Assembly (NCBI GenBank): GCA_900661335.1
Contig: CAACVY010000002.1
Coordinates: 3,955 to 67,954, forward strand
Direction: 5' to 3'
DNA length: 64,000 nucleotides
Source of the DNA: an uncultured bacterium
GTDB lineage: Bacteria > Verrucomicrobiota > Kiritimatiellia > PWTM01
Positions 37,615-47,202 of the stretch are shown here, piece after piece; position 1 is the stretch's first letter; each line of letters begins with the position of its first letter. Under the pieces are notes generated by a model. That model worked only from the letters and a program-made list of their open reading frames with translations. It searched no databases and was not told the DNA's origin. A program made the position numbers and the translations under genes.

Positions 37615-39437
37615 ATGTGCAGAGTGGCCCGCCGACGGTATTCCCAGCGCTCGTGCCGCGCCCGGGGGGCCAGCTCTGGGGTATCCGATCACCGTTGGCA
37701 CGTCCTGGTGTTGATCACGGACGATCAAGGGTGGCGAATTGTCGGCGCATGGCCATCCGGTGGTTCAAACCCCTCCTTTAGGCCAGTTGCGGTCGGAAAG
37801 CATTCGGTTCGTGGATGTTGGTGTTGCGCCGATGTGCTTGCCATACCTAGTCAGTTGATGGGCGGGGTCGATGGTTTTCGCAGTGGTGCCATGAACCTAA
37901 ACGATGATCGTACGTTGTTCGGGCGGGAATTTTCCACCATGGCGAGGATCCCTTGCGCGGCCGTGTATCAAACTACGATCTTTTGAAGATGGCATCTGGG
38001 GGACATGCGTCCCCACCGGCCTCACGATCGGGGCTTCAAGGAGGAGGGTGGGCCGTCTTCTCAAAGGTGCCCGACGCATGCGAAAACGACTACTTCGGCG
38101 AGACGTATTTGTGGAATGACCGATGGAAACAGTTTCGAGGGTATACGATGGACATTCTGTTCGATGAAGCGATGAGGTGGAGCCGGCGCGCTGTGAGCGA
38201 AGGGGGCCAGGGTTCTGTGACTTGGACACCGTGGCAGGGCACGGGTCCCATGGTGTACCGCCGGCGTATCACGAACGCGTGGCGAAGCGGTGGACCGCGG
38301 CGCAAGCAGCTGAGCGGGTTCGATCCTGAGGGTGTGGTATAACGCTCGGTGCGGTTGGAAACTCGGGTCAAAGCTGCCGTGGTGCCTTAGATCGAAAAAC
38401 TTGAGAACAATTAGGGGCGGATGGAGAAGTTTCTGCGCCGGTCGGGCTTGCGGGTCGGACGTTGGTGGTGTTCTTGTCGGACAACAACAGCACGTCGGGG
38501 ACGAGGTAGCTCAACGCCGCTAAGCGCGGCGGCAAAGCCCCGTTGTGGAAAGGTGGGCAACGGGTTCCCTCTTTCACCCGATGGTCGGCTGGGCCCCTCC
38601 GCTCCTCTGGGGGGGAAGTAACGGGCCTGGCCATAGTTCAGGACCTATTGGCGACAATGGTGGAGTTACTCCAATTGCCGGGTGCCGAACCTATGCGATA
38701 GGGCGGCACCAACCCAGCGCCCATACTCCATGCTGTGGCTGAAACTCGGCTTGATTGGGTGGTGGTTATTAGCTGCAATCGCATGGCGCCGGACCGAATG
38801 GATTCGTTGTCCGACGTGCCCTCGGTGCGCCGTATGGATGGTGGGGGCCTCTGCAAGCGTTGGCGTTGGGTGGCGGAGCGCGAGTTGTGGCACCTGGAAC
38901 GGATCCTTCGCAAGCGATCAACGTGGTTTCACGATTCCCGCAGCTCGCCGCAATGTGTCTTGCACTTGGAGTCATCGTGGACGATACGGCGCGAGTCCGC
39001 TCTTCGGTTCGAATATGTGCCACTCCCGCGCGTGGGCCAAGATGACCTCTTGCTGACCAACTACGAGTGGGCCGGAGTATTCCTCGACCAGCAGCGTCGA
39101 ATATGGCCTTAGGGCCGGAAGAATGGGATCTGGCACATCGAGGTGGCAGATCCTGGCTCGTATCGTTTTCGACTGCCAATCGATTGGCACGACCACGGAC
39201 GTACGGCCCGTCGAACGCCAGGACGAGTTTGTGGAGTTCATTTTCAATCTTCCCTCGGGTCAGACCCCCTTGAAAGCTGCCAGGTTGGATCCCGCCGGGG
39301 ATCTCATTGCGGGCATACTATGGGGAAGTTTGTGCACTCGCGCCGTAGAGGGCTCCAATCCGCCTTTGGGGGCAGGGCCAAGGAGCGGGGCAAGGCTCGC
39401 AGTCGCCTGCACGCTACGCAGTAGCAACGCGCCGTGA
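37615..39437 (+). pseudogene. Decayed sulfatase gene (multiple frameshifts and in-frame stops)
   Basis: Collinear sulfatase peptides are scattered over all three + frames: ITDDQGW / GELSAHGHPVVQTPPLGQLRSESIRFVDVGVAPMC...* / SQLMGGVDGFRSGAM / WHLGDMRPHRPHDRGF / ENDYFGETYLWNDRWKQFRGYTMDILFDEAMRW / VVFLSDNNSTSGTR* / KRGGKAPLWKGGQRVPSFTRW...DLLATMVELLQLPG / DPSQAINVVSRFPQLAA / WHIEVADPGSYRFRL. Confidence 0.75.
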
Positions 39438-39494
39438 TGCTATGGGCGATGGGGAGTCCGTTGCTTTGCACCCGGAAAAACGTAGATTTAGGGC

Positions 39495-40421
39495 GTGAGA
39501 CGGAGTCGGCAACGACGCATCGTTGAGGACATTTTAAAGTGGTTGTTCGATCGCGAGGCGTCCGGGCAGTCCAGCGAGCCCTCGGAACTGGCAGGCCATT
39601 TTGGTTGGTCTTCCGCCAGGGCGCAACGGGAGGTTCAGCAGCTTCGGGAACTGGGCCATGTCGAGCCGAACAGTCTTCATTTGACGCCAGAAGGGCGAGC
39701 GTTGGGCGAGCGGATCGCGCGCATCCACCGCCTGGTGGAAACCTACTTGGCCCAGGAAACCGATCTCGACCCGCGCGAGTGGCACCGCCGTGCCCACGCG
39801 GCTGAGCACCAGCTGACGCCGGAAGAGGCCGACGCCTTGGCGAAGTCGCTTGGCGAGCCGGTCTACGATCCTCATGGCGATCCGATTCCCACCGCGGAGG
39901 CCCTCGGGGTGGAATTGCCCAAGTGCAAATCGTTGCTCGATTGCCCAGCGGGATGGACCGGGCGGATCGTCCACATCGAGGACGAGCCAGAAACCCTGTT
40001 TCGCGCCCTCGCGGGCAAAGGACTCACGCCCGACATGCAGTTCCGAGTGGCCCGGGCGGACCCGGATCGCATCCAGATCGAAAGCGAAGGTCGCAGGATC
40101 GAGCTGAGCCGAGAGGAAGCCGGACAAGTGGGAGTTCGAGAACTTGGACCGCACGAGGCGTATGATCCTACGATTCGGCGATTGTCGGACTTGCCGCTCG
40201 GGGCGAGAGCTCTTGTGGTAGGGCTCTCCCCGCGGGTGCGTGGGGTCGCCCGCGATCGCTTGCTGCAGCTGGGGTTCGTACGCAATAGCCTCGTGGAAGT
40301 GGAACTAGAAAATCCTTCCGGGGACCCGGTGGCGTATCGGGTTCGAGGCGCACTCATTGCGCTGCGGCGTTCCCAAGCCGACGATATCTTGGTGCGGCAA
40401 CTCGCGCAGGGATCCTCATGA
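39495..40421 (+). CDS. DtxR/MntR-family metalloregulator fused to two FeoA (SH3-like) domains
   Basis: HLTPEGRALGERIARIHRLVETYL...HRRAHAAEHQLTPEEADAL...DPHGDPIP is DtxR-like. It is followed by two FeoA-like modules (GWTGRIVHIEDEPE...; LPLGARALVVGLSPRVRG...GDPVAYRVRGALIALRRSQADDILV). GTG start; the stop overlaps the feoB ATG. Confidence 0.75.
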   Translation: MRRSRQRRIVEDILKWLFDREASGQSSEPSELAGHFGWSSARAQREVQQLRELGHVEPNSLHLTPEGRALGERIARIHRLVETYLAQETDLDPREWHRRAHAAEHQLTPEEADALAKSLGEPVYDPHGDPIPTAEALGVELPKCKSLLDCPAGWTGRIVHIEDEPETLFRALAGKGLTPDMQFRVARADPDRIQIESEGRRIELSREEAGQVGVRELGPHEAYDPTIRRLSDLPLGARALVVGLSPRVRGVARDRLLQLGFVRNSLVEVELENPSGDPVAYRVRGALIALRRSQADDILVRQLAQGSS

Positions 40422-42619
40422 ACGGCACCATTTCCGAAGTTTGCCGCCGCTGTTTGGCCCGCCGCCACGCACTCTCTGTCCGACTCGAATCCTCCGCCGA
40501 TTCCTCGGCGGTCACAGTGGCACTGGCGGGAAATCCGAACACCGGGAAGACCACCGTGTTCAATGCGCTCACGGGGTTGCGGTACCATACTGGGAACTGG
40601 ACCGGCAAAACTGTCGAGTTGGCCGAGGGCCGAATGGAGGTCGAAGGGCAAGTCTATCGGCTGGTGGATTTGCCCGGAACATACTCGCTGACCTCTGCGT
40701 CCCCCGACGAGACCGTGGCGCGCGAGTTTCTTCTCTTTGGCGGGGCCCGGGTAACCGTTGTGGTGGTGGATGCCTCGCGCCTGGAACGCGGACTGAGTTT
40801 TCTTCTGCAGGTGTTGAGGCTCACCCCCAACGTAGTGCTCTGTGTCAACCTCGTGGATGAAGCGGCGGCCCACGGGTTGGAAATCGATGCGCATGGGTTG
40901 GCCCAGGACCTTGGGATTCCCGTCGTACTGACCGCGGCCCGCCGTGGCCGGGGCTTGGAGGAATTGCGCCGCGCGATTCACGAAGTCGCTCAAGGCAGGC
41001 GGACACTTCGACCCCGACAGTTGTTGCCTGAAGACCCGAATTTGCGCGCGGCTGTGTACGAGATCGCCCGAGAGCTGGCGGTACTGTACCCCAGGTTGCC
41101 CGAGCGGATGGGCGTGGCACTTCGCTTGTTGTCGGGCGACGCCGAGGTAGCCGCCGCGGTCCGTGAGGGCCGTCTCGGGGCGACGCGGAGGGGCTCGTTG
41201 GATCCGGCGGCGACCCGAGCGCTTCTTGAACGCGTGACGCGATGGCGCTTCGCCTTGCCTCGCGACGCAATCGAGCGATGGATCGAGCAAGTGTTTGCGG
41301 AAGCGGCCGAACTGGCGACCCGGCATGTGCGCCAAACCCGACCCTCACGGCGGGCGCAGTGGGAGCGTGCATTGGATCGGTGGTTGACGAACCCCTGGAC
41401 CGGCTACCCCACGATGCTGGCGCTCCTCGCAGTGGTTCTCTGGACCACCATCGAGGGCGCGAACGTCCCCTCACAGTGGTTGTTCCGTGTGTTGGTCCAG
41501 CACGGTCACGGGTGGGTCGTGCGCGGTCTATCGGCGCTCGGGCTGAGCGAGGCGTGGGTGAGCTTACTAGCCGACGGCGCCTATCGGACCACTGCGTGGG
41601 TCGTCAGTGTCATGTTGCCGCCCATGGCAATTTTCTTCCCACTGTTCACCTTACTGGAAGACTTTGGCTATCTACCGCGCGTCGCGTTTAACCTTGACCC
41701 TTTGTTTCGGCGCGTGGGCGCGCACGGACGGCAAGCCTTGACGATGACCATGGGGTGGGGTTGCAACGCCGCGGGCGTGGTCGCCACCCGCATCATCGAT
41801 TCGCCGAGGGAGCGGCTAATTGCGATCCTGACGAACAATTTTTCGTTGTGTAATGGGCGGTGGCCTACTCAGTTCATGATGGCGGCCATTTTCCTGGGGC
41901 CGCTGGCGCCTTCGGGATGGGAGGGCGTGGTCGCGGCCGGCGCCGTGTTTGGGATCGCGCTGCTTGGGGTGGCGCTGATGTTCGCAACGTCCTGGCTGTT
42001 GTCGCGGACTGTGCTTCGAGGAGCACCTTCTCGGTTCAGCCTCGAGCTTCCGCCCTATCGGCCGCCGAACATTTGGACCACGTTGTACACTTCGCTCGTG
42101 GACCGGACGGCCATCGTTCTCTGGCGGGCCATGGTGTTTGCGTGCCCGGCCGGTGTCGTTCTGTGGCTGTTGGGGCGTGTGGATGTAGGAGGCGAAACCT
42201 TGGCGAGGCTTTTGGTACGCACCTTGGATCCGTTCGGCCGGGCCCTTGGGCTTGATGGTGTGATTTTGACCGCGTACATCGTGGCCATTCCTGCCAACGA
42301 AATCGTATTGCCCACAGTGCTGGTACTGCTTTCGCTGCTGGGCGCCTCGGTCCCGGGTGCCGCGGCGACGTCCGGATTGGTCGAGATCGGTGATCTCAGC
42401 TCGCTGGGAGCACTGCTTCGCTCCCATGGATGGACGACGCTGACAGGGGTTTGCCTCATGTTGTTCAGTCTTTGCCACAACCCATGCTCGACGACGATCT
42501 TTACGATTTACCGTGAGACAAAGAGCGCGAAATGGGCCGCGGTGGCCACGTTGTTGCCGCTGGCCATCGGGCTTCTCTTATGCGGGTTGGTGGCCTGGGT
42601 GGCACGACGTCTTGGGTGA
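40418..42619 (+). CDS. feoB: Ferrous iron transporter FeoB
   Basis: G-domain VALAGNPNTGKTTVFNALTG, DLPGTYSL, NLVDE, then a polytopic membrane domain. Confidence 0.9.
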   Translation: MNGTISEVCRRCLARRHALSVRLESSADSSAVTVALAGNPNTGKTTVFNALTGLRYHTGNWTGKTVELAEGRMEVEGQVYRLVDLPGTYSLTSASPDETVAREFLLFGGARVTVVVVDASRLERGLSFLLQVLRLTPNVVLCVNLVDEAAAHGLEIDAHGLAQDLGIPVVLTAARRGRGLEELRRAIHEVAQGRRTLRPRQLLPEDPNLRAAVYEIARELAVLYPRLPERMGVALRLLSGDAEVAAAVREGRLGATRRGSLDPAATRALLERVTRWRFALPRDAIERWIEQVFAEAAELATRHVRQTRPSRRAQWERALDRWLTNPWTGYPTMLALLAVVLWTTIEGANVPSQWLFRVLVQHGHGWVVRGLSALGLSEAWVSLLADGAYRTTAWVVSVMLPPMAIFFPLFTLLEDFGYLPRVAFNLDPLFRRVGAHGRQALTMTMGWGCNAAGVVATRIIDSPRERLIAILTNNFSLCNGRWPTQFMMAAIFLGPLAPSGWEGVVAAGAVFGIALLGVALMFATSWLLSRTVLRGAPSRFSLELPPYRPPNIWTTLYTSLVDRTAIVLWRAMVFACPAGVVLWLLGRVDVGGETLARLLVRTLDPFGRALGLDGVILTAYIVAIPANEIVLPTVLVLLSLLGASVPGAAATSGLVEIGDLSSLGALLRSHGWTTLTGVCLMLFSLCHNPCSTTIFTIYRETKSAKWAAVATLLPLAIGLLLCGLVAWVARRLG

Positions 42620-43124
42620 CCGGCGGATCCCTGAGGGGACGCCAGGCACTCCGATAAGTTCAAAAGGGTGGTCGACGCTCGGCGCCTGGCGCCCGTTTCC
42701 GGTTTTGGTCATCCGCATTGTGGAGTCAGGATGGGCGAGTGGGGCATGCTGCAACTGGAAGATGCCCATGTTCCACGCACGCGGCACCGGATTGTGAGTA
42801 CACCGCTCTGGGTGCGACTCACCGTCGTGCCCTGTGACCACATTCGGCCATAATGGGCATCCGTTCGTTTCCGATGCGGCGAGCGCGGGGATTGGTCATC
42901 ACGCAGTCGGGCGTGTCCGTAGGCCCAAGTCAGACGGAGGCTGATCCTTCGCGAGGTCCGGAGCCCTGGTGTCGTTCGGCTCGGTCAAGGGCATGGGTTC
43001 CAGCCACCGCCTAGCGGTGTCCGAACGTTGAACTCTCGCATCAAAGAAGATTGACCTATCGCCCGCACTGCACCACCATGGTTGTGTCGGGCGAATAAGC
43101 CGGCGGCACATGGAGGTGACGACT

Positions 43125-44480
43125 ATGGATGGACAGCGAGGTTTGTCACTTCGGCGACGAGCATTCTTAAGGATGTCAGGTCTTGCGGTCGTGGCGGGGG
43201 CCGCGCCGGCCGTGAAAACGGAGCCGAGGGATAAGAAGTATGCGACCGTGCTGATTGGGTGCGGTTGGTGGGGTAACAACATTCTGCGCGAAGCGATGGC
43301 AGCCGGGGCGTCTCGCATCGTTGGGCTGTGCGATGTGGATCAACGCGCGTTGCAGGCCACCGCCGGGGTAGTCCAGGAGCGCTGTGGAGATTCGCCGCGG
43401 CTGTACAAAGATTTCCGGGAGTGCATCGAGCGGGAGAAACCGGAGATCGCCATCGTGGCCACGCCCGATCACTGGCATGCGTTGCCGACGCTGGCAGCGT
43501 TGCGCGCTGGTGCGCATGTGTATGTAGAAAAACCGGTGGGTCACACGATCGGCGAGGGCCAGGCGATGGTGCGCGCGGCTCGGGAAGCCGACCGCGTGGT
43601 TCAGGTGGGAACGCATCGGCGGATCTCGCCGCACAACATCTCTGCGCGCGAATTCATTCGAAGTGGCCGGTTGGGCAAGTTGGGCATGGTGCGGGCCTTC
43701 ATCTTGTACGGAGGGGGACCAGAAAAGCCCTTGCCGAACGTGGAGCCACCGCCGGAGTTGGATTGGGACTTCTGGTGCGGTCCGGCTCCCAAGCGGCCGT
43801 ACAACGCCGGGCCCGATGGCCGCGGCGGGATCCACCCGCGAGGGTTCCGACAGTATTTGGACTATGCGAATGGCACGTTGGGCGACTGGGGCGTGCATTG
43901 GCTAGACCAAATTTTGTGGATCACGGGTGAGCTGTGGCCGCGGACGGTCATGTCGCTCGGGGGGCGACCCGTGAAGGGTCCGCCCGTGCTCAACGAGCGC
44001 GAGCAGACTTCGGATGCGCCGGATCATCAGGTGGCGATTTGGGAAATGGAGAACTTCACGATTTCTTGGGAGCACCGCCTCTTTGCCGGCAATGGAGCGG
44101 AAAAAGGCGAGAGCGTCGGATGCTATTTTTACGGCACGGAGGGTACGCTCCATCTGGGCTGGCGAAATGGTTGGGTGTTTTATCCCGTGCGATCTTCGCA
44201 ACCCGAAATCCGTACGCCGGCCGAGTTACACGAACCGGACCATCAGAACATTCGCGAGTTGTGGGCCGACTTCCTGGATGCAATTCGCACACACCGGCGA
44301 CCGGTGTCGGATATCGAGGAAATTCACCGCGCGACGAACATGTGCCTGTTGGCGATGATTTCCATGAAGCTGAAGCGGAGTTTGCGCTGGGACGGTCGCC
44401 GCGAGGAAGTTGTGGGGGATGCGGAGGCCAACGCGTTGCTGCGGCGGACGTACCGCGCGCCTTGGATCTACCCTACGTGA
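43125..44480 (+). CDS. Gfo/Idh/MocA-family oxidoreductase with Tat-type signal
   Basis: Twin-arginine LSLRRRAFLRMSGLAVVAGAAPA, Rossmann VLIGCGWWG, and EKP motif YVEKPVGHT. Confidence 0.8.
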   Translation: MDGQRGLSLRRRAFLRMSGLAVVAGAAPAVKTEPRDKKYATVLIGCGWWGNNILREAMAAGASRIVGLCDVDQRALQATAGVVQERCGDSPRLYKDFRECIEREKPEIAIVATPDHWHALPTLAALRAGAHVYVEKPVGHTIGEGQAMVRAAREADRVVQVGTHRRISPHNISAREFIRSGRLGKLGMVRAFILYGGGPEKPLPNVEPPPELDWDFWCGPAPKRPYNAGPDGRGGIHPRGFRQYLDYANGTLGDWGVHWLDQILWITGELWPRTVMSLGGRPVKGPPVLNEREQTSDAPDHQVAIWEMENFTISWEHRLFAGNGAEKGESVGCYFYGTEGTLHLGWRNGWVFYPVRSSQPEIRTPAELHEPDHQNIRELWADFLDAIRTHRRPVSDIEEIHRATNMCLLAMISMKLKRSLRWDGRREEVVGDAEANALLRRTYRAPWIYPT

Positions 44481-44641
44481 TCGGCGGGGGCCGCTGCAGG
44501 CCCGCGTGGCGGACCGCACCGGGGTTGTGTCCGAGCTAGCGCGAGTGAGCTTTGCGCCGGTGCGGAGTGAACCCTAACTGGTGCTATGAACTGGGGAGCG
44601 GGTGGATTGCCCGCCCAGCGTGAGCATCGACGGGGTGGAGT

Positions 44642-44670
44642 TTGAAGCCGGATTGGGACAGGGCTATAGT
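44642..44670 (+). promoter_or_regulatory. Candidate sigma70-type promoter TTGAAG-N17-TATAGT
   Basis: TTGAAG (44642-44647), 17-nt spacer, TATAGT (44665-44670), then AGGAG and ATG 44691. Confidence 0.35.
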
Positions 44671-44690
44671 GGTGGCGGTTAGGAGTCGCC

Positions 44691-45008
44691 ATGAGACGGA
44701 TGCGACGCGGTGAGTTGGATTTGAAGACGGTTTTGCTGTTCGTGGCCGTTCTGGCGGTCGTGGGGGCCAGCGCATGGTGGGCGCGCCGTCGTTCCCCAGA
44801 GCGAGTGTTGGCCGCGACGGATGATCAATTCCCCGTTGAGTACGTTTGCGAAGCGTGTGGTCACAAGTTTCAAATGACCTACGGCCAAGCCTGGGAATTA
44901 ATTCGGCAAGGCAAGGCGGAAAGCCGTCCGGGACAGTATCGTAGGTTTCCATGTCCCAAGTGTGGGCAAGTGAAGGCGGTGGTCCGTGAAGGCGTTCGTT
45001 CAGAGTAA
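44691..45008 (+). CDS. Small membrane-anchored zinc-ribbon protein (hypothetical)
   Basis: N-terminal TM helix (TVLLFVAVLAVVGASAWW) and a CxxC...CxxC pair (CEACGHKF...CPKCGQV). AGGAG RBS. Overlaps the next gene by 23 nt. Confidence 0.45.
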   Translation: MRRMRRGELDLKTVLLFVAVLAVVGASAWWARRRSPERVLAATDDQFPVEYVCEACGHKFQMTYGQAWELIRQGKAESRPGQYRRFPCPKCGQVKAVVREGVRSE

Positions 45009-45795
45009 ACCTGAACCCGCGTCGGCGCGATATGGATTCACGCTGATCGAGCTGCTCGTGGTCATTGCGGTGATCGCCATCCTCATGTCGATGCTATTGC
45101 CGTCGCTGTTTAGCGTTCGTGAGAAGGCCATCATGGTACGATGTCGGCAAAACCTGAGTAGCATTATGCAGGCGGCCATCCAGTACGCGAGTCAAACGCG
45201 GGACCGTGACTTCCCCGATGCGTGGCGTTGGTGTGATTCGAAGAGCCGCACCTTAGGGGGTGTCTGGATGGATTGGGCATTTGGAGAATCCGTGACCAAT
45301 GGCCTGTTGTGGCCTTATTTAGGGAACGAGCCGCGCGTGTATTACTGCGAGAAGTTTTTGCGCGTGTACCCGCTCAACCCCAACTTCCCCCCTGAGGCCA
45401 AGTGCTACGTGAGCTACGTGATGAATGAGTACTATCGATCCAGCGGTTGGAACGGGTTTCCGCGCATGCGACGAAGCCAGATCATGTTCCCCGCTCAGGA
45501 GGCGATATTTGGCGAAGAAACTCCGATTCAGACACGATACAACAATACCGTGATCAACAACTTGTGCCTCGGGGTTCCGGACTACGATGGCAAACCGCCG
45601 ATCAGTGGCCAGGGAGCCGTTCGAGATGGGTTGGCAACCTTCCACGATCCGCCGGATGGGAACCTCCGCGAAGGGTATTGCCATGCCGCGTTCGCGGATG
45701 GCCACGTGGAGCGCGTGCACGCCCGGGATGTCAAAGAGTTGTTTACGCCCGAAGTAGTCAAGCGCGCGAAATTCCCCAGTCGGATTCCGCAGTGA
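44986..45795 (+). CDS. Prepilin-type N-terminal cleavage/methylation domain protein (pseudopilin, DUF1559-like)
   Basis: GFTLIELLVVIAVIAILMSMLLPSL leader/cleavage motif, and a C-terminal HAAFADGHVERV block typical of the PVC pseudopilin family. Confidence 0.75.
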   Translation: MKAFVQSKPEPASARYGFTLIELLVVIAVIAILMSMLLPSLFSVREKAIMVRCRQNLSSIMQAAIQYASQTRDRDFPDAWRWCDSKSRTLGGVWMDWAFGESVTNGLLWPYLGNEPRVYYCEKFLRVYPLNPNFPPEAKCYVSYVMNEYYRSSGWNGFPRMRRSQIMFPAQEAIFGEETPIQTRYNNTVINNLCLGVPDYDGKPPISGQGAVRDGLATFHDPPDGNLREGYCHAAFADGHVERVHARDVKELFTPEVVKRAKFPSRIPQ

Positions 45796-45833
45796 ATTGA
45801 GCCACCGCTCGGCTGAAAGGGGCCGGCGATCAT

Positions 45834-45874
45834 TCGGTTCACGCGCGGGTGGCAAGAAAAGAGCGCTGAACCGA
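45834..45874. terminator. Long hairpin between convergent genes (possible terminator, no U-run)
   Basis: TCGGTTCACGCGC (45834-45846) pairs with GCGCTGAACCGA (45863-45874): 12 bp with one bulge and a 16-nt loop. Confidence 0.3.
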
Positions 45875-46079
45875 TCGTGTCAGTCGTTCGGTCTTAGGCT
45901 TTCCGAGAGCTTTTTCCTCTTATAAACTGCCCCACCTTGGTAAAACGAGTCGGTCGCCGTCGGGCGGGCGAAACTTTGGTGTACGGCGCCAGTCTTTGAG
46001 AATGCCAGGCATCCGGACAGCCCGGTGCAGGCCGTGCGATGTATCCTCAGCCGCAGGGAAGGGGCGACAAGGTCGTTGA

Positions 46080-47195
46080 TCACCGAGAGGAAAAGATAGG
46101 AGGAAAGCGTTCATATGGTTGCGCGGGGGCCGGTGAGAGACCGATTCGCCCACCTTGGAAATCGAACCAGATCACTTCTCGCTCGAGGATGCCATTTCCA
46201 AGAAGCGCAAACGGCAAATGCGCATGCCCGTGGCCGGTCGCGCCGACGAGGACCTGGACTCGTGGCCACTCGCGAGCTCCGATGCGGAGCGCAACATGGC
46301 CCACAGGATATGCGCGCACGTGCCCTCCTAGACCCGTCATTCGCGGAGTGCTCCGTTCTGTGTCCGGCGGCGGAAGGTCGAGCTGACGGGAGAGCGGTCC
46401 GGATACCCAAAGATCGAAGTCGCCGCCTGTGTCGAAGGCGACCCACAGTCGTCGGTGACCGTCGAGCATTGCCGACGTGATTGGGATGCCGACATTCGTG
46501 TGCAACGCCAGCCACTCCCAGTTTCTCGGCGGAGAATCCGTCGGCGCAAGAACGATCCGTCGGCGCGGCCCGTCCCATTTCATTTGCCCGACCGCGCGCA
46601 GCACGTCGCAGCCCACCAACAGCTCGACGTAGCGGCCGGGCCGATATTCCAAGGTCCATGCATCTGTGATTCCCACCGGCACGTTGGCGATGGCGATGTT
46701 CCCGAGCACAAGCTCTGCGATGTGCTCTATGGATCCCGTGACGGCGGTTCCGAGTCCTTGAATTGTTGCAGCGTCCACGGGGCGGGTATCCCCCACGGAG
46801 TTCGCGGTCGAGAGGGACGAACTCACGCCGAGCCGCCGTGCGCCGCTGGCGCTGAGCAGGCTGCCGGACGAACCTGTATCAATCAGCGCCAGCGCGAGCC
46901 GGCCGTTCACTCGTACCCGAACGATTGGGCGAAGCGGCCCTTCGGCAGTCTGCTCCCAGGAAAGTTCAGTCGGTGCTCGGCGGAGAACTGTGTATGGGGA
47001 AGTCGATACCAGAACCCCAGAGCGGTTGTCGGGTGTGGACTGTGTGCCTGGACGAGCTGTCGGGATTGAGCGGCAACTGGTCAGCGCCCACGTGACGGCG
47101 GCCACCGACATGGCCACTCCCAATCCGCGACCGACACGTGGCCACCATGGGTGTGGGACGGCTGGTTCAACATGTTCCGGGCTTCGCGGCGTCAT
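46080..47195 (-). CDS. Lipoprotein with two retropepsin-like aspartic protease domains (both DTG motifs present)
   Basis: Lipobox-like ALTSC. Domain 1 VNGRLALALIDTGSSGSLLS...LLVGCDVL. Domain 2 LWVAFDTGGDFDLWVS...ALLGNGIL. Confidence 0.6.
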   Translation of the reverse strand: MTPRSPEHVEPAVPHPWWPRVGRGLGVAMSVAAVTWALTSCRSIPTARPGTQSTPDNRSGVLVSTSPYTVLRRAPTELSWEQTAEGPLRPIVRVRVNGRLALALIDTGSSGSLLSASGARRLGVSSSLSTANSVGDTRPVDAATIQGLGTAVTGSIEHIAELVLGNIAIANVPVGITDAWTLEYRPGRYVELLVGCDVLRAVGQMKWDGPRRRIVLAPTDSPPRNWEWLALHTNVGIPITSAMLDGHRRLWVAFDTGGDFDLWVSGPLSRQLDLPPPDTERSTPRMTGLGGHVRAYPVGHVALRIGAREWPRVQVLVGATGHGHAHLPFALLGNGILEREVIWFDFQGGRIGLSPAPAQPYERFPPIFSSR

Positions 47196-47202
47196 CCGCG
47201 CA

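Noticed and set aside
39872-41335. Long antisense or alternative-frame ORFs (e.g. 39872..41335, 57393..58988, 10901..12406, 19883..21091, 21927..23012, 16459..17823, 14093..15118)
   Set aside because: Each fully overlaps a gene with strong family motifs on the other strand or frame. They are Arg/Pro/Gly-rich, low-complexity translations with no motifs. Stop-codon scarcity at high GC explains them.
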